NCBI RefSeq assembly: GCF_038025025.1
Contig: NW_027117342.1
Location: 1,488,001-1,552,000 of the forward strand
Length of the DNA stretch: 64,000 nucleotides
Direction of reading: 5' to 3'
From: Phyllosticta citribraziliensis
Taxonomy: Eukaryota
Shown here: positions 1 to 10,480 of the stretch, piece after piece
Position numbering within the stretch: position 1 is the stretch's first letter
Layout of the letters: each line of letters begins with the position of its first letter
Notes under the pieces: model-generated
Told to the model about the DNA's origin: nothing
The model's input: only the letters and a program-made list of their open reading frames with translations
Database searches by the model: none
Made by a program: the position numbers and the translations under genes

Positions 1-576
1 GGGGATTAGAAGATAAAGGGTAAAGGAATGAAAAAAAATACATTTTGAATTAGTTTGACTGTTTCTCAACGGTGCTCAGTGGCCAGCAGGAGAGCCCATC
101 AACTTGAAATCATTGCGGGATTTCAGACTGTCAGTATTGAAACTTCGGGAATTGTGAGAATGGTGTAGATGAGAGCGAAGACAGGAGCAGTAAGGACGTC
201 GAAAAAATCGAGGCAGTTCACTGCCATAGTCGATCTCAGGGGACAGTCATCTGTTGTCATGATGATGCCCAAGGAGTAGTTGTCTGCCGTTACAGACGCG
301 CCTTGGGAGATGTGGTTTGTTGCGGCAGTCTGTTCAGACCCGGGGAGTGTTGTTTCTTTCGACAGCCGCCACAGGAGGGCGAAACAAGGGCGGTGTAACT
401 CCGGCCAACGTCGCGGCCGTCGAGCTCTCCCTGCGTGTCCTCAGCAAGCATCCCATCTTCATCCCTGCTCCAACGGCAAACCACGAAACCCACGCCCTCG
501 ACCACAGGCCACCGTCGCCGCCGCCGCTCCTAGTCCGACTCTCTTTCGCTCCTTCAACCTCCAAACAAAACGCACA

Positions 577-1160
577 ATGGCGAGTTCTGTCTGTCTCGAC
601 TGCACTACCGAAACCAGTCAACGCGCGAACACTCCGAGTGCTGATTAATGCCCATAGCTTGACCGTCTCGTCGGCCTCGCCATGCTCATCGTAGCAACCG
701 CCGTCTTCACCTACTACACCGTCTGGACCCTGCTCATGGTACGTCCGTCGAGTTGCGCCGCGCGGGCTCCTCTGGCTGTTCGAACACGCTCGCGGCCTTC
801 CATCTCCCGTCCGTCCTTGCGCCGTGCGTCCGCAGGACCCCAGAGACCCGCCATGCCCTTCCCTCCCCTAGCAGCTCTCGCCAGAAAACCCGCGCCAGAC
901 AACTCGGCCCCAATTGCATCTCCACTCAATCGGAACGTGTTACAAAACATATACTAACAAGCCCGCCCTCAAACTAGCCCTTTGTCGACGAAGACCACCC
1001 GCTGCAATCGCTGTTCCCGCCGCGCGTCTGGGCCATTCGCATTCCCGTCATCCTCATTCTTCTCGGCTCGACCGTCGTCGGTAGCTTCTTGGGCATGGTC
1101 ATGATAAAGAGCAACCGCAAGAGGGCGCTCAAGGCGCAGCAGGCGAAGAAGGCGTCATAG
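577..1160 (+). CDS. DPM2: Dolichol-phosphate mannose synthase regulatory subunit (3 exons: 577-579, 658-738, 978-1160)
   Basis: Spliced translation M|LDRLVGLAMLIVATAVFTYYTVWTLLM|PFVDEDHPLQSLFPPRVWAIRIPVILILLGSTVVGSFLGMVMIKSNRK...KKAS*. Two TM segments and the PFVD/FPPR motifs are typical of DPM2. TACTAAC branch site at 952-958. The first intron needs a GC donor. Confidence 0.9.
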
Positions 1161-2125
1161 AACTCTCGCTCGCTGGGTGCTTGGTGTTTGCGGATATGCT
1201 GCGGAGACGGAATCTGAAGCATGCTCTGGGGGAGACATGAGAAGATGAAGCGCATCGGAGAAGCGCACGCGTGCAGAGGAGAGAAAAGAGACGCCACTGC
1301 GACTGGCGACGGGCTGGAATGCCTGGGCGTGGACATCCCGAGCGTGCGAATGCACACAATGCGCAGCAGCATCTCGCTGGACTTTGCTTCTTGCGGCGTC
1401 AATGGTTCCCGGCATTTCAGCGCCCTGTATTCTACACATGTACCAGTGTGCCCCCAAGAATTGAAAAACCAACAACACGCGAGAGGCCGCCGCTTCGTAC
1501 TACCCGCCCTGTCCTGACCAGTCCGATCCTCGCGCGTACGTCTTCTAGTCCACGCGCTTGCCATGCCCTCGGCTGCTTCGGTCCACTTTCCCATGAAAAA
1601 GGGGAGGATCTAGTCAATGCCCTGGTCATGCGCGCTGTTTGTGGGAAATCAATTTGTTTGCATCGCTCCTGTACTGATGCGTCTGCCTGTCGGGCGGACA
1701 CGAAATCACGGGATGTCGTTGAATTGCTTGTTAGTTTCTAAACCTGTTTGCCCGCTTACTGGATGTGCAGTAAGTAACCCACGGGCAATGGGCTCTATGG
1801 CTGACAGACATGCACATGTGCTTGTGTATGTAGATTGATGAAAGCGTCTCAGAACAAGGATTGCACAAGTGTGTAGGGTACTTGTGAGAAAGCTTGCTAT
1901 TCAGCTTGTACATTCCTGTCCCGCACCGAAGCCACTTTTGATATGGACAAGTCGTCTCGCTGCCATTTTTCAAATTGCTCAATCAATCTCGCCAGTTGTA
2001 CCACCAAATGACTGCTTCTGGTCCGGCATGCTCTCAGTGTAGTACCGACACGGACCTCCGTGGACCTCTCGACTGTGTATAGCTACGCACCGAAGCACCA
2101 ACCCGAGACGCGGAACTCGAAACAC

Positions 2126-3690
2126 TCACGAATCGACATCCATACCTTCCTCGTTCTCCTCCGTCACCGTCGCCTTAACGCCGTTTAGGAACGCCTCGAC
2201 AGCATCACCGCCACCAAGCGGGACGCCGCCGCGGCGAACAAAGCCGCCATTCTCGACCTTGATCCCAAGCGCCTCGCCGACGCTGGGCAAGCCGCCGTCG
2301 CGCAGCGCCACGGTGAGGCTCTGCAGGCTCTGCTGCAGCTGCGGCGAGTGCAGCACACGGCGGAGGATGTCGAGCTTCTGGCCGCGGCTGAGGGCTTGGA
2401 TGGCGGCTTGCACCGTCTCCGAGGTTGGGTCGGCGTCGGTCGTCTCGGCTTCTTGGGCCAAGAGCAGGATTTGCGGGGGCAGATTGGAGAGGAGCGCGTC
2501 AATGAGCGAGGCTGGCGCGCTTTCGATGATGGGGATGGTGGTTGAGGCGGGCAGGAGGTCGGCCAGCGTTGTGAAGAGGTTGTTGTCGCCGCTTTGCTGT
2601 GAGCCACCTGCTCCGGGCCCGCCTTTGAGCGAATTGATGAAGTTCTGGACGATTGCCGATGCATCTTGTGGTCTGTGAGAATCGGATTAGCCATCATTTA
2701 CTGTGCAAGATTTTGGAGAACAAGGTATGTGGAAAGTTGTGAGACACGGCTCTGAGGGCATGCGGAACGGCAACTCTGTAACCCCACAACCAACTGCTTT
2801 GAATTCGCTCGTAGTCTAACGGATGGATTCTCCATCCCGAAATACAAGCCGTGCCACTTGATGCACATGTTTGATGCTTTGGTATGCCATGCCCTCAGAA
2901 CGCCAAAACCGTCAATTCTGCCAATGGAAATCCGTGACCTACGCTCTAGCTCCATCGGCACCGCCCTCTCTGGCTTCTTCGCCCTCTTCGCGGACGTCTC
3001 CTCCGGTGGCGTCTGGGCCGGCACCTCCGCTACCCTGTCCGCTGTGTCCAGGCCCCGGTGCATCCATTGTCTCATCGTCGTCGCCATGCGGCGGGTTCTG
3101 CGCCTCGCGCAACGCCTCATGCACATCGACCTCATCGCCCTGCAGCAGCATGTCGACGATTTGGCCAATCTTCAGGTCCCTAGGGCTGAACCAACTTGGG
3201 TCGCCGGAGGGGGATTGCGACTTGGATTGGAGCCAAAAGAGGTGGCGCTGGGAGCTGGAGGAGAACTTCAGGGCAAAGATGCGGCCATCGGTCGGGGACT
3301 TGACATTGTCGGAGCTCTCGCTGGGGTCTTGGCCGGTGTAGGGGACAAACGAGCCGTCGGTGGGGATCATGAGCAGGTCAATCTCGGGGTCGTTGACCGA
3401 GGCGGAGCGCGGGCGCCAGCAGAAGTGAACGAGTTCTGGTCTTGCGTTAGATAAGGCGCAGCGACGGGCGCAGTTTGCGAGTGACGTGATTCTTACCATC
3501 GGCGTAAAGGTAGATGTAGCCCGGCGTAGGTACGGACTTGACTTTCCATGGTTTCGAGCTCGTCTGTAGAGAGGTGAGCAGGCAGGCGAATAGAGAGGAA
3601 AGGGCAGAGTGATGGCGGCAGCCTGAGTGAAAGTCTTACATCGAGCTCGCATTTGCCGGCCTTGAAGGTGATGAGGGGACTTATGGACAT
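2126..3690 (-). CDS. RPN13: Proteasome ubiquitin receptor Rpn13/ADRM1 (exons 3690-3640, 3563-3497, 3435-2943, 2672-2126)
   Basis: MSISPLITFKAGKCELD|TSSKPWKVKSVPTPGYIYLYAD|ELVHFCWRPRS...GRIFALKFSSSSQRHLFWLQ is a Pru domain. C-terminal LHSPQLQQSLQSLTVAL resembles the UCH-binding/DEUBAD region. Splice sites are canonical. Confidence 0.9.
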
Positions 3691-3743
3691 GGCGGCAAAG
3701 GGAGTTGCTGAGATGTTGATGGTGTTTGGAGGTTGACGTTGTT

Positions 3744-3785
3744 GGAGCTTGACGGTCAGTGACGGGGGCGGGCATGCCTGGAGCT
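3744..3785. promoter_or_regulatory. Two GGAGCT motifs upstream of RPN13 (candidate Pezizomycotina Rpn4 sites) in the RPN13/RPL6 divergent promoter
   Basis: GGAGCT at 3744-3749 and 3780-3785, within 100 nt of the RPN13 ATG. GGAGCT is the reported proteasome-gene element of filamentous ascomycetes, but a 6-mer can occur by chance. Confidence 0.35.
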
Positions 3786-3996
3786 CTCCCGCCGCCGTCG
3801 CGCCGAGACCGATCTCCCCGGCTCAGCACTGGACGCGGTCGCGTCGCCAAGCCGGCCGGAATAAAGTGTTGTTCCGCGCACCATCGGGCCACAGCAATTT
3901 GTCCACCATCGCCGGATTTCGACTCCCCTCGACGAGACGACTCAACCACCACGCCGACCCAACTCCCCGCCCGGATCTCTTTGCACACCATCCGAA

Positions 3997-4831
3997 ATGT
4001 CGGCACCCCAGGAGCCTACGACCAAGAAGTTTGGCAAGGGTGAGAGGTCTATCCCTCACCCTGCCCAGCAGGCCTCCAAGTACTACCCGGCCGAGGATGA
4101 GCAGCAGGCCAAGAAGGTACGCTCACGATGATGCGGAATTCGAAGAGGAGGCAGAGCGCCACGTTTTCGCGGAACTCGATTTGGGGTGGAAGCTTTGGCT
4201 AGCCCGGGACCAGCCACACGGAGCATCAGACATGTGGATCACAAACACCAAGGACAAGACTGACCAAAGTGCACATCACCAGGTCCGCAAGGCCATTCGT
4301 CCCGCTAAGCCCCGCGCCTCGCTCCAGCCCGGTACCGTTCTGATCCTGCTCGCTGGTCGTTTCCGTGGCAAGCGCGTCGTGCTCCTCAAGCACCTCCCCC
4401 AGGGTGTCCTCCTCGTCACCGGTCCCTTCAAGATCAACGGCGTCCCCCTCAGGAGAGTGAACGCTCGCTACGTCATCGCCACCTCGACCAAGGTCGACCT
4501 CAGCGGTCTCGACCAGGGTGTCGTCGAGAAGGTTGGTAGCGACAGCTACTTCGCCAGGGAGAAGAAGGACAAGAAGGCCGGCGAGGAGGCTTTCTTCAAG
4601 CAGGGCGAGAAGCCCGAGGTCAGTAGCGCTGGAAACGTGCGACAAGTGTTGAACACGGACTGACGTTGGAAGCAGCCCAAGAAGGTCGCCGGTCACCGTG
4701 CCGAGGACCAGAGGTCAGTCGACAAGGCCATCCTCGCCAACATCAAGAAGTCGGACCCTTTCCTCCTCAGCTACCTCGGTTCCACCTTCAGCCTGCGCAA
4801 GGGCGACAAGCCGCACGCGATGGTCTTTTAA
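3997..4831 (+). CDS. RPL6: 60S ribosomal protein eL6 (exons 3997-4116, 4283-4618, 4676-4831)
   Basis: [60 protein letters not shown] and [14 protein letters not shown]. Strong C-ending codon bias. Confidence 0.97.
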
Positions 4832-5218
4832 ACGACGTGACGGGGCAGTCTAGGGCGAAGTGGGAAAGTGGGTGCGGATATACCGGCAGCCTGCGGCCGA
4901 AATAGCAGGTTTTCACGGCATGGCGATGGTTATGGAGGGTTCGGTCTGCATTTCCAATGACACTGTATTGCGCAGCTGAATCCCACAAAAGACATCAGGA
5001 ATGCAACCTGGCGCTTCTGGTTCCTATTCAAATGAATTCACAATAAACGGGATTGGCAGGCCGATAAGGGGAATACAAGAAGAGAAACCATTTCCAACGC
5101 CAACAGGTATCTCGATCGATTGAGTGGATGCGCAGTGCCGGATGAGCATCGTTTCGTCATAACACGTCGTAGGCCGTTTCGTCATGATGTTGCTGACCGA
5201 TTTGAAGCAGTACTTTCT

Positions 5219-6249
5219 TTACTTCCTGCCCTTTCTGACATTTAGTTTCGACGTGGCGCCGTCGACGGCATTGCCAGCCTTTTGTTTCACGTCGTGTTTC
5301 TCGAGCTCCTGACGAACATCATCGGATACGTCACTTCCAACGCTGGTGCCGTGCAGCCAGTCCAATACTCCGAGCGGCGCGTAGTTTCCTTTTCCGCCTG
5401 TCAACGCGTGCGTGTCGGCCCTCCTTGCCATTCCGCTAAGCATGATGCCAGAGGGAAGTACGCTGTAGCCAGAGTAGACGAAGAACTCCTCCAGCGAGAC
5501 CAAGGCTAGCAGGAGCTGGTAGGTGAGGACATGGCAACGGAACACTGCCGCGGGCACGAACAACGGCAGCCAATGGTGCAAGAGGTAGCAGAGCGGATGG
5601 TCATACGTCGCAGCCAAAGCGAAAGGGGCGCGGATGCTTAGAGCCCAGTCACGGTGGTACTTTGCCAGGCGGGAGTGCTGACGGTGCAGCAAATGGCGGT
5701 GGATGTAATATTGGAGGATCTGAAAGCCGTAGTCAGCGACCCGTGTGGCGCAGTCGGCGCCTGTCATGGTAGACTTACTCCCCGTAATAGGAATGCGCCG
5801 CCGACATGCTTTGCGATTTCGTATGGGGCTGGCAGCGTCTTTGCGACGCGAAGCGCACTCCTCACGCGGAGGAGCTTGGTCGCAAATAGTTCAATGGCGA
5901 GCTGGAGGGCGACGCCCAGCAAGACATTGAAGACGCTCCAGCCTACGAGCTTCAGGAGTCTCCTCGGGCCCAGGCGACCTGGCAGCCCGAATTCCCCTTG
6001 GGCCTTGATGGCGACGGCAAGGCTGGGGATTCCTGTGTCGAGTAGGAGCGACGCCAGCGCGGGCAGCATGAAGAATATCGTCCTGACTGCCAGAGTGCCG
6101 AGGGCTTCGACCTGCCACGGTGGGTATGAAACGAGCAGCATGGACCATGTCAGCATGAAGAAGAGGATGTTTAATCGCGTGGACCAGCTGGTGTAGATGG
6201 GGAGAAAAATGTACGAGAGGAGGGGCAGGCCCAAGATTGTTTCGAGCAT
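5219..6249 (-). CDS. Fatty acid hydroxylase/sterol desaturase superfamily membrane protein (one intron ~5779-5721)
   Basis: Multiple TM segments; YYIHRHLLH, KYHRDW, APFALAATYDHPL, HSGY-like YSGY, and GNYAPLGVLDWLHGT. Intron GTAAGT...GCTGAC...TTTCAG. Confidence 0.75.
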
Positions 6250-6523
6250 GGCGGTGGTGTTTGATGAGGAGGCTTGGAGTAGGTTAAGGGGCTGGAGGTT
6301 GTTTTGTCCAGGCGCGAGCGGGAGGGGTGGGCATGGTGTTGAGAGTTGGTGATGGCGACGATGATGGCGACGGTGCGGTGACGATGGCCAGCAGTGGTGT
6401 TTTTGCGACGGGAACCTGGTTTCATCAATGCCTGCCCAATTACGTCAATGCACGGGGATGATGGGGTGGGAGCCGAGGAGCCTTCAGGCCTAGCCCAGGG
6501 CACCGCATCGACCTGATCTCCCT

Positions 6524-6546
6524 GACGGACGGACGGACGGACGGAC
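6524..6546. repeat. (GACG)n tetranucleotide microsatellite
   Basis: gacggacggacggacggacggac read directly. Confidence 0.85.
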
Positions 6547-7186
6547 ACACGGCACAAATGTTTTCTGAGGCGCGCCATGTTTTGTACCTGCACCCGCGCT
6601 GCACCCGCGCGCTGCACTGCGCTGCTCTCGTCTCTCTCGCCGTCTGCTCTGGGCAGTTGGACCGGGGGCGCGTCAGGACTCAGTACGGTACGAGGCTCGT
6701 TTCCGCGCCGCTGGGAACGAGGCGTGCGGGAAGCCAACCTAACCAACTGATCTCTCAAACTCTGCGCACGACAGCTCTGAGATATTGCCCTGCGCAATAA
6801 ATAACCATATCTACCGTCGCAAAAGGCTTGACGCGCCGCCCAATCTAACCCTCTGCGTCAATAGTTACATTGGCCTCGGACCATTGGCAAAAGCGCCCCT
6901 GCCGTCGATCGCCCTGAAGGGTCAAAGGTCCCCTCGTGCCAAACGCCTCCCTGTGCCGAAATAATATCACCACGACCCGACCCAACCCAACCTCGCCATC
7001 CCTCTCCCCCAAACCCCCTCTGCCCAACTCCACTGCCGTCGCCGGGCCGCTGCCGTGGGTCGCCCTCTTTTGCACCCTCGCCAACGCGACACCATGAGCC
7101 GCGTTGCCCCTACATCGACACGGACGAGGACCCCGCAGCCAACGCTGCTCTCACCCTGACAGCCCTGCCAACAAGACCAAAACACC

Positions 7187-10100
7187 ATGAACGGCCACCC
7201 GCAGAACCCTCCTTCGCCCGCGCGCCATCGCCGCGACAAGCATCGCTCCGCCCCCAATTCCTCTGCTCGTCGCTCCTCGAATCGTCCTCGCCCCAACCCT
7301 GGCTCACCCGAACTCATATCCTCCCTGATCGACTCTCTGTCTGCTATTTCCACCCCCGTCGAGGACCATTTTGAAAGCCTGCCTAGAATCGGCGCAGACG
7401 CTCTTGCGACCGAACCTGTTGCCGCGAATCCTGGAACCCGGTCCCTGGCCCGATTCTCAAACGGCGGCGGCAGGGGCAGTGGCTTTGGCGTCGAGTACGG
7501 TGTGCACAGAAACCAGCGTTGGGAGGACGAGAAGAGCAACCAGCTCATTGATGAAGCGGCCGAGCCGCCAGTCATCAAGACAGCCCCACCACCTTCTGGC
7601 TTCTCCGCCATCACTGCCCCACACCGCCCTAGACGAGAAAAAGAAAGCTCGCTCAAGAACTACATCGTCGCCAAGTCCAAGAGTACCTCGTCGCTCAAGT
7701 CGAGGCGTTCGAGCATCAGCCTGCGCGACGACTCCAGCAGCATTTCAAGCAGCATCCAGCGAGGCTTGCGCCGCTATTCGACAAACAGCAGGCTTTCGGT
7801 TGACAGCAAAAACAGCAGAAGCCAAAGCGTCGGCCATGCAGGGGAGCGAGTAAGAAGTAGAGACTCGGAGCGCAAAGGCTCGCACCACAACAACAATAAC
7901 AACATGACCTCGATCAGGTCGCCCGGCTCAATTCGATCTCCTGGACTGGACCTAATGGCGACGTCAGCTCCCAGTTCGCTCCCGCCCAGCCCTGGAGGCA
8001 GCCCGCAATTTCAACGCTCACTGCAAGGTTCCCGGATTGACGAGGTTCCGTTTGAAGAACCAATGACTCCCCCCACAACAATCAAGGCGCGGCCCTCCTC
8101 GCTCAGTCTTCCGCCATCCACGATTGCAAACGAAGATGGTCGACGATCGCCTTGGATCGAACAATCGATTCCGCTCCGAAATTCGAGCTACCGCCACAGC
8201 GCATCGACAACGCCCGAGCCTGTTCGCAGCGCATCGAAAACCAGAATCAGAAACGAGCCGAAAAATCCAGTCGTAATCCAGGAAGATGAAGAGCCTGTGA
8301 GCGAAAAAAGGGAAGCCAAGGGTAAAGGTCGCGCAGACGAAGACGAAGACGAAGCTGCTCAAGTGACCAAGCGCATAATGGAGCTGAAGAAGAGAAAAGA
8401 ATTGAGAGAACAGGCAGAGTTGAGCAGCCTCGCGGATTCTTCACAGGAGTCGGACAAGAGTATCGACGACCCCCAAGCAACAAGAAAGGCGGCCATGTCG
8501 CCCATATCTCGCGTGCTAGACATGGAAGAAAGGCCGCGGCAAGAGAGTTTGGCCAAAGCCCACCGCATGCTTGGTTTGATTTCCAGCGACGGGCCGCAGG
8601 CCGCTGTAAATCGCTCCCTCCCGAGCAGTCCCACGGCGTTGGAACATTCCACAGTGCGGAATGGAAGCTCCCATGGCGACGAGGACGCCGAGCTCCGCCA
8701 AAATTACCAAATGGCGCTAGATGCGTTGGATCGGGCAGGCGCCGAAACCCCTTCAATTGGGCGCAGCCGGACTGTTCTGGAACGCTCAAATTCGAGTACC
8801 ACAACAAACACAATGAGGGACCGGAACAAAAGGTCTCTGGATGAAGCCGCACGCAGACTTGACATCCCCACTCAGTTCAGCCAGACGACGAGCACGAGCT
8901 CCCGTGATTACTTTTCCGGTCCATCGAGCGGCGCTGACAGCCTGTCCGTGTCCCGTGCGCCGTCTCGGGCTGCAAGCGCTGAAGAATCGGCAGGAGTGCG
9001 TGATTCGGTTGCGGCTCTGGCCCCGGGGCCAATCAAACGATCCAACTCGGGCTCCAATGTGAAGAGCAAGCGTTGGTCACATCCCGACATTCCGTTGAAG
9101 CTGGAGCAGAAACACAACGAAAAGGCCGACAAGACGAGACGAGACCAAATGCCCGTCAAGTCGACGCTAAAGGGGCCGCAGGTGCCGGAAGCCGTCCTGG
9201 AGGAGCCCCTTCGACCAGCGAGTGGCGACTCGATCGACGACGACGTCGAAGCTTTTCTGCACTCGCCTCGCTTGACGCAAAAGGTGCGCGAGCCGAATTC
9301 AGGACGCACCATTTGCTTTTCCGAAGTGGGCGATCCGGATGGTTTCGCGGTGCTCGTGTGCGTAGGAATGGGGTTGACGCGCTACATCACGGCGTTCTAC
9401 GACGAGTTGGCCAAAACCCTCAAATTAAGGTTAATTACCCCGGACCGACCCGGCGTGGGAGAGTCCCAGGCCGACTCCAATGGCACGCCCTTGAGCTGGC
9501 CCGGTAAGTTACCCAAACTAAACATTAATCGGACTGCGTTGCTGACACGATGTGCAGACGACGTTCTCTGCATCTGCGATGCGCTCAAAATCACAAAGTT
9601 CTCGCTCATGGCACACTCTGCGGGTGCAGTCTATGCACTGGCAACAGCCTTGAGGATGCCCCAACATATTCGCGGTCGCGTCCATCTACTTGCTCCGTGG
9701 ATACCTCCTTCGCAAATGTCGGCTGTCGGCCTACCCATGCACTCGACGAGCCCAGAGCGCCAACTCCCCAGATCTCAACGCTTCCTCCGCGTCTTGCCTA
9801 CGCCTCTTCTCAGGGTTGCCAACTCCAGCTTCATGTCTGCTACGAGCGGTAGCATAACGCGAAGCGTCCCAAAATCACCGCAGCGTACAAAGCGCAAAAA
9901 CAATGGTGCCCGTGATGCACCCGTGCCTGCTGGGCGCACATCATACGCCAAGGGCAATCGTGAGTCGATGATGCTCATGGACCAAGTTCTTCCGAACGGC
10001 AGCGCGCTCAACATTGCTGCCATGAATCCCGATGACCCGAACTACGAAGCAGCCGCCCAAGCCAAAGCCGCCATGACAGCAGCAGAGCAAGAGCGGCAAC

Positions 10101-10480
10101 GCATGTTCGATACCCGGCTGACGATGGCGGTATGGGAGCTGGCGACGACGAACGCCAACCCGGCCGTGGATCTGCTCGTCTGCCTCGAGCGCACGCAGGC
10201 CATTGGCTTCCGCTACGTTGACATTACGCGCGCCGTCGTCATCCACCACGGCAGCCGTGACACCCGTGTCCCTGTCGACAACGTCAAATGGCTTGGCCGC
10301 ACAATGAAGAAGTGCGAAGTGCGCATCCTCGAAGATGAGGGCCACGGCCTCATGGCCTCGGCTATCGTCATGGGCAACGTGCTCACTGAGATTGCTCGTG
10401 AGTGGGAGGATTGGAACGCCGTGGTCAAGAACACTCGCAGCCGCGACAACCTCCGCGGCGACGCTCTCAACGGATCGTGA
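7187..10480 (+). CDS. Large protein with Ser/Arg-rich disordered N-terminus and C-terminal alpha/beta-hydrolase domain (54-nt intron 9504-9557)
   Basis: GRTICFSEVGDPDG, LITPDRPGVGES, nucleophile elbow AHSAG, HGSRDTRVP and EGHGL. In-frame intron GTAAGT...GCTGAC...TGCAG. Confidence 0.8.
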   Translation: MNGHPQNPPSPARHRRDKHRSAPNSSARRSSNRPRPNPGSPELISSLIDSLSAISTPVEDHFESLPRIGADALATEPVAANPGTRSLARFSNGGGRGSGFGVEYGVHRNQRWEDEKSNQLIDEAAEPPVIKTAPPPSGFSAITAPHRPRREKESSLKNYIVAKSKSTSSLKSRRSSISLRDDSSSISSSIQRGLRRYSTNSRLSVDSKNSRSQSVGHAGERVRSRDSERKGSHHNNNNNMTSIRSPGSIRSPGLDLMATSAPSSLPPSPGGSPQFQRSLQGSRIDEVPFEEPMTPPTTIKARPSSLSLPPSTIANEDGRRSPWIEQSIPLRNSSYRHSASTTPEPVRSASKTRIRNEPKNPVVIQEDEEPVSEKREAKGKGRADEDEDEAAQVTKRIMELKKRKELREQAELSSLADSSQESDKSIDDPQATRKAAMSPISRVLDMEERPRQESLAKAHRMLGLISSDGPQAAVNRSLPSSPTALEHSTVRNGSSHGDEDAELRQNYQMALDALDRAGAETPSIGRSRTVLERSNSSTTTNTMRDRNKRSLDEAARRLDIPTQFSQTTSTSSRDYFSGPSSGADSLSVSRAPSRAASAEESAGVRDSVAALAPGPIKRSNSGSNVKSKRWSHPDIPLKLEQKHNEKADKTRRDQMPVKSTLKGPQVPEAVLEEPLRPASGDSIDDDVEAFLHSPRLTQKVREPNSGRTICFSEVGDPDGFAVLVCVGMGLTRYITAFYDELAKTLKLRLITPDRPGVGESQADSNGTPLSWPGKLPKLNINRTALLTRCADDVLCICDALKITKFSLMAHSAGAVYALATALRMPQHIRGRVHLLAPWIPPSQMSAVGLPMHSTSPERQLPRSQRFLRVLPTPLLRVANSSFMSATSGSITRSVPKSPQRTKRKNNGARDAPVPAGRTSYAKGNRESMMLMDQVLPNGSALNIAAMNPDDPNYEAAAQAKAAMTAAEQERQRMFDTRLTMAVWELATTNANPAVDLLVCLERTQAIGFRYVDITRAVVIHHGSRDTRVPVDNVKWLGRTMKKCEVRILEDEGHGLMASAIVMGNVLTEIAREWEDWNAVVKNTRSRDNLRGDALNGS

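Noticed and set aside
207..307. Two small hairpins (207-234 and 268-307) resembling an H/ACA snoRNA
   Set aside because: The candidate H box is too far from the pocket, there is no well-placed ACA, and the short stems are compatible with chance.
3691..3699. GGCGGCAAA as a PACE/Rpn4-like site
   Set aside because: It is the reverse complement of the TTTGCCGCC-ATG start context; the same string precedes the unrelated ATG at 12604.
4117..4282. C/D snoRNA in RPL6 intron 1
   Set aside because: GATGATGC is not a full C box, and the only CTGA is the branch site.
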